From: Xylographa opegraphella
Lineage: Eukaryota
Assembly: GCA_022813865.1 (NCBI GenBank)
Contig: JALDZX010000105.1
Coordinates: 1-38,551, forward strand
Length of the DNA stretch: 38,551 bases
Reading direction: 5' to 3'
Part shown: positions 35,400 through 38,551 of the stretch, in pieces
How the letters are laid out: each line of letters begins with the position of its first letter
Numbering within the stretch: the stretch's first letter is position 1
Notes under the pieces: model-generated
What the model saw: the letters and a program-made list of their open reading frames with translations, nothing else
Databases searched by the model: none
Told to the model about the DNA's origin: nothing
Made by a program: the position numbers and the translations under genes

Positions 35400-37582
35400 A
35401 TAGTTTTAAAAGAATTAATATTAAATATCGAAAACAAATACTGATCTATCGAATTTAAATTAATTGATTTAATATAAATAGTCAAACAAATTTAATATAT
35501 AAATAGTCAAACAGATTTAATATATAAATAAGTTATTTACCAAGGTAAAAATTATTTATATAAATTATAAAACTTTAGTAAAAATTATTAAATAAATATC
35601 GTTTAATATCGTTTTAATTAAAAAATTTAATTGTTAACCTCGTTTAAGCAAGCGAATATTTACAGCAAATCTTTTAAATATATAATATAAATTAAACCAA
35701 ATTAATTTTGTACCAAATACTTATTTTCGACTTGCGATAAAAAAAACTTAAAATTTATAATATATTTATATTTATATTTGCTCGCTCGCGAAAATATCGC
35801 TAAAATATAATTTTTTTTTAAAAAATATAAATTAAATAGTTATTAAAATAAAATCGATAGTTTTTTTAAATAAAATATAAAATATTAATAACGTCGTAAA
35901 ACTTTCGTGTATTAAAAATACTAATAATTTAATATAAAAAATCGATTATTTCACGGGAACGTATAAATATCTTTTTTAAAAAAAACTTCATTTACCCTTT
36001 TGAATTATTAAAAATATAATAAAAATGACGCATACAGGCGAATATTTAAAAATCAAAAACCTTATTAATATTATTAATATTTTATACTGTATTTATAGTT
36101 TAACGAAGTATTTGCGTACGTTTATAACTTATTATTTTAACTATTAAATTTTTTCTATATAAAAGCATCGTTGATATAAAGGAATATAATTATTAAAATT
36201 CTTACCGTGCTCGTTTTATATTATTAGTATCGATTATATACTAAACTTATCTATTCTGATTAAAAAATTCGATTATTATTTTATAGTTATTCATAAATTT
36301 TCCAAACATATTATATTATACTACCGAAAGAAAGTATATAAACCGTAATATAATAAACCAAAGTATTTTTTAAATAAATTAAACTTCGCAGAATAAAGCA
36401 GTTTTAAATTTATATTATTAAATAAAGATTTAAAATTCGCTAAATTAAAATTCCTTAGCGAATTATAAATTAAACTTTTTTAAAATATATTTACTATACT
36501 CGATTACTTATTATTTATTAACGAATAAATAAAACAAGGGTACGAATAAAACCGTTAAAATCGTACTGCAATATTAATTCAATATATTCAACAATGTAAA
36601 TTCATAGCCTTCAATAGTATTTCGACTTTAAATAAACTTAAATAATATATTATTTATAATTATAAACAAGACTTTTGAGAAAATTATTCATAAATTTACA
36701 CCAAATTAGTCTATCGATTTATTGCGTAAAATTAAAAATTTTAAAAAGAATTTAGTAGTTACCGCGGTTTATATTCAAATAAAAAACGTTATAATTATGA
36801 TTATAATATTTATTAAATATTATTACGACAAGCGATATGGAACTTTATTCTTATTAGTCGAAAATTACGTTATACTATAATTCTATAAAAATACAATATT
36901 TTATCGATTAAAAATCGAAAATCGAAAATCGAAGATCGAAAATCGAAAATCGAAAATCGAAAATCGAAAATCGAAAATCGAAAATCGAAAATCGAAAATC
37001 AAAATTATAATACGTTGAAACTTTTAAAGATTTTAAATAGATTAATTGATTTATTTATTAGCTCGATATTCTAAATATAATACTGGCGTATTTATTTAAT
37101 ATTTTTAATAGTAATTGTTAGACCAATTTCGAATTTAGCAGTAAATTTATTTTAAAATTAAAATCAAATAAATTTAAAATAGTATCCGTTAATACGATAT
37201 AAACTTTCATAAACTTTACGAATTAAATAGAATTATCAATAAATGTATTATATTAATAAAGTTTATTCGATATTTGATTAAATAAAATAAATACGGGCTA
37301 GAATTTAATATATAAAAAATCGTGCGGTAAATAAAAAATACGCGCGATCTAATTTAAAATTAAGAGATTTAATCGAAAATAAATATCGTATTATTAATAA
37401 TAAATAAATTTGAATGCAAGCGGAAAACGTGAGTTTATTTTATTTATATATACATATTTTAAATAGCGAGAACGCTACTTTTTTTTCGTTTTAACGAGGA
37501 AATTAATATAATTCGCAAAACGTGGTCTTTAACTATATAACTTTCTCTTTAAAATTTATTCTATACGTAATTTTTTATTAAA
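35400..37582 (+). pseudogene. Gypsy chromovirus pol 3' half (RNase H, integrase, chromodomain)
   Basis: 'ENKY*SIE' at ~35430 (RNase H); 'LPCSFYIISIDYI' at ~36203; 'TNKTVKIVL' at ~36542; 'YLIK*NKYGLEFNI*' at ~37271 (chromodomain). Confidence 0.78.
36911..37000. repeat. AAAATCG 7-mer tandem repeat, ~13 copies
   Basis: Direct reading. Confidence 0.93.
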
Positions 37583-38490
37583 TGTAACGGTGGGGTTCCC
37601 TAAAACAGAGGGCAGAATAGTGGCAGCGATTAAGGATGTTTAAAAAAGGTGCAAATAAAAAAGGGTTGTTTATTTAAAACTAGCTATTGCCTTCGATACA
37701 TGAATTAAATATAGCTAAAGTCCCTAAAGCTTTTACTATAATTATATAATAGCCCTGTTATTATAGTAATAACTTTGATAGTCGTTTTGATATTTTATAT
37801 TTATACTATAATTATTATTACTGACTGCTCGATTTAAACTATACTATTTTTTGGGCTACTTTTAAAAATTCATTTTATTATAGTATTTAGCGCTTCGTAA
37901 TACTAACTCCTTTTTTTAAAACATTTATTTCTAAAAAAAAGTATTTTTTAACATATCGTTCAAACGTCGAAATAACTATTATAAACTGCTAATAAACAAG
38001 GTAAAACACTTTAATATTTATATAGCGTTTAAATGCTTGGCCTATTAAAAAGCGCAATTAAATTATGTTGTTTTCGATTATTTTAAGTCGTATCTCGCCT
38101 GCCTTAAGCGTAGTTGATTTTGCGATATAAATTTTTTTTTAATTTTAACTTCGTAAAGATTAAAAAAACAGAATCTTTTAAACGCTAAATTAAAAACGGC
38201 GGAAAAATAAATAAAAGCTACTTTTCTAAAACGTCGTTAAATAATAAAACAAAAAATATTTAATAACGCGTAAAGCGAAAATAATCGCTTATCAAGGTTA
38301 GTTACTGGTTCCTATGTATTTTCGTTATTTAAATGTTTTTTTACTTGATAAAATATTTATGTGTATTATCGTCGAAGTTCTGAATGTTATTCAAAACTTT
38401 CTTTATTTTCCCATTTTGGCTCCTGTTTTATTAAATACTTATTCGGTATTCATATTAATTCTGGAGCTTTTAACGATACTACTTTTAGTA
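37583..38490 (-). mobile_element. 3' end of a RIPed chromovirus: chromodomain, antisense ORF region, PPT, 3' LTR (37902-37583)
   Basis: Minus strand 'KKVL...KYFIK*K...ENT*EPVTNL' at ~38405-38292; PPT-like AAAAAAAGGAGTTAG at 37917-37903; LTR homologous to 30137-30454. Confidence 0.82.
37953..38270 (+). pseudogene. Antisense Zn(II)2Cys6-like plus coiled-coil-like ORF in a second chromovirus family (RIP-damaged)
   Basis: From ATA (de-RIP ATG) at 37953. 38034-38123 reads CLAY*KAQLNYVVFDYFKSYLACLKRS*FC, giving C-x2-C-x6-C-x8-C-x2-C-x6-C with three intact TGC and three TAT (from TGT). It is followed by 'RLKKQNLLNAKLKTAEK*IKATFLKRR*IIKQK'. Confidence 0.72.
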
Positions 38491-38551
38491 GTGTGGTGGA
38501 TTCGGGGCGGGTCTTTTGGGCGCTTTTTGATTTGGAGCTTCCTTCCTCACG

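Noticed and set aside
30137..37902. 30137-30454 and 37583-37902 as the two LTRs of one element
   Set aside because: gag lies left of the first and the PPT/chromodomain right of the second, so they are the 5' and 3' LTRs of different minus-strand copies; no shared TSD.

Overview
Very AT-rich, gene-free block from a filamentous ascomycete (inferred from the repeat-induced point mutation, RIP, pattern). It consists almost entirely of nested, heavily C>T/G>A-mutated LTR retrotransposons. These include a complete Ty3/Gypsy chromovirus (8103-14509, TSD TTACG), a 10.8 kb non-chromovirus Gypsy (15225-25990, minus strand), several truncated Gypsy and Ty1/Copia remnants, short GC-rich solo LTRs with intact TSDs, tandem-repeat expansions and two 48-N gaps. 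No host gene, RNA gene or CRISPR array is visible. The main finding is an antisense ORF starting 50-57 bp inside the 3' LTR boundary, seen three times in two different chromovirus families (14089-13661, 26574-26404, 37953-38270). It has the C-x2-C-x6-C-x8-C-x2-C-x6-C spacing of a Zn(II)2Cys6 cluster and, in the two untruncated copies, a following coiled-coil-like segment, so it is a candidate retrotransposon-encoded regulator. All alignments and 'de-RIP' translations were done by eye; internal domain coordinates are approximate.
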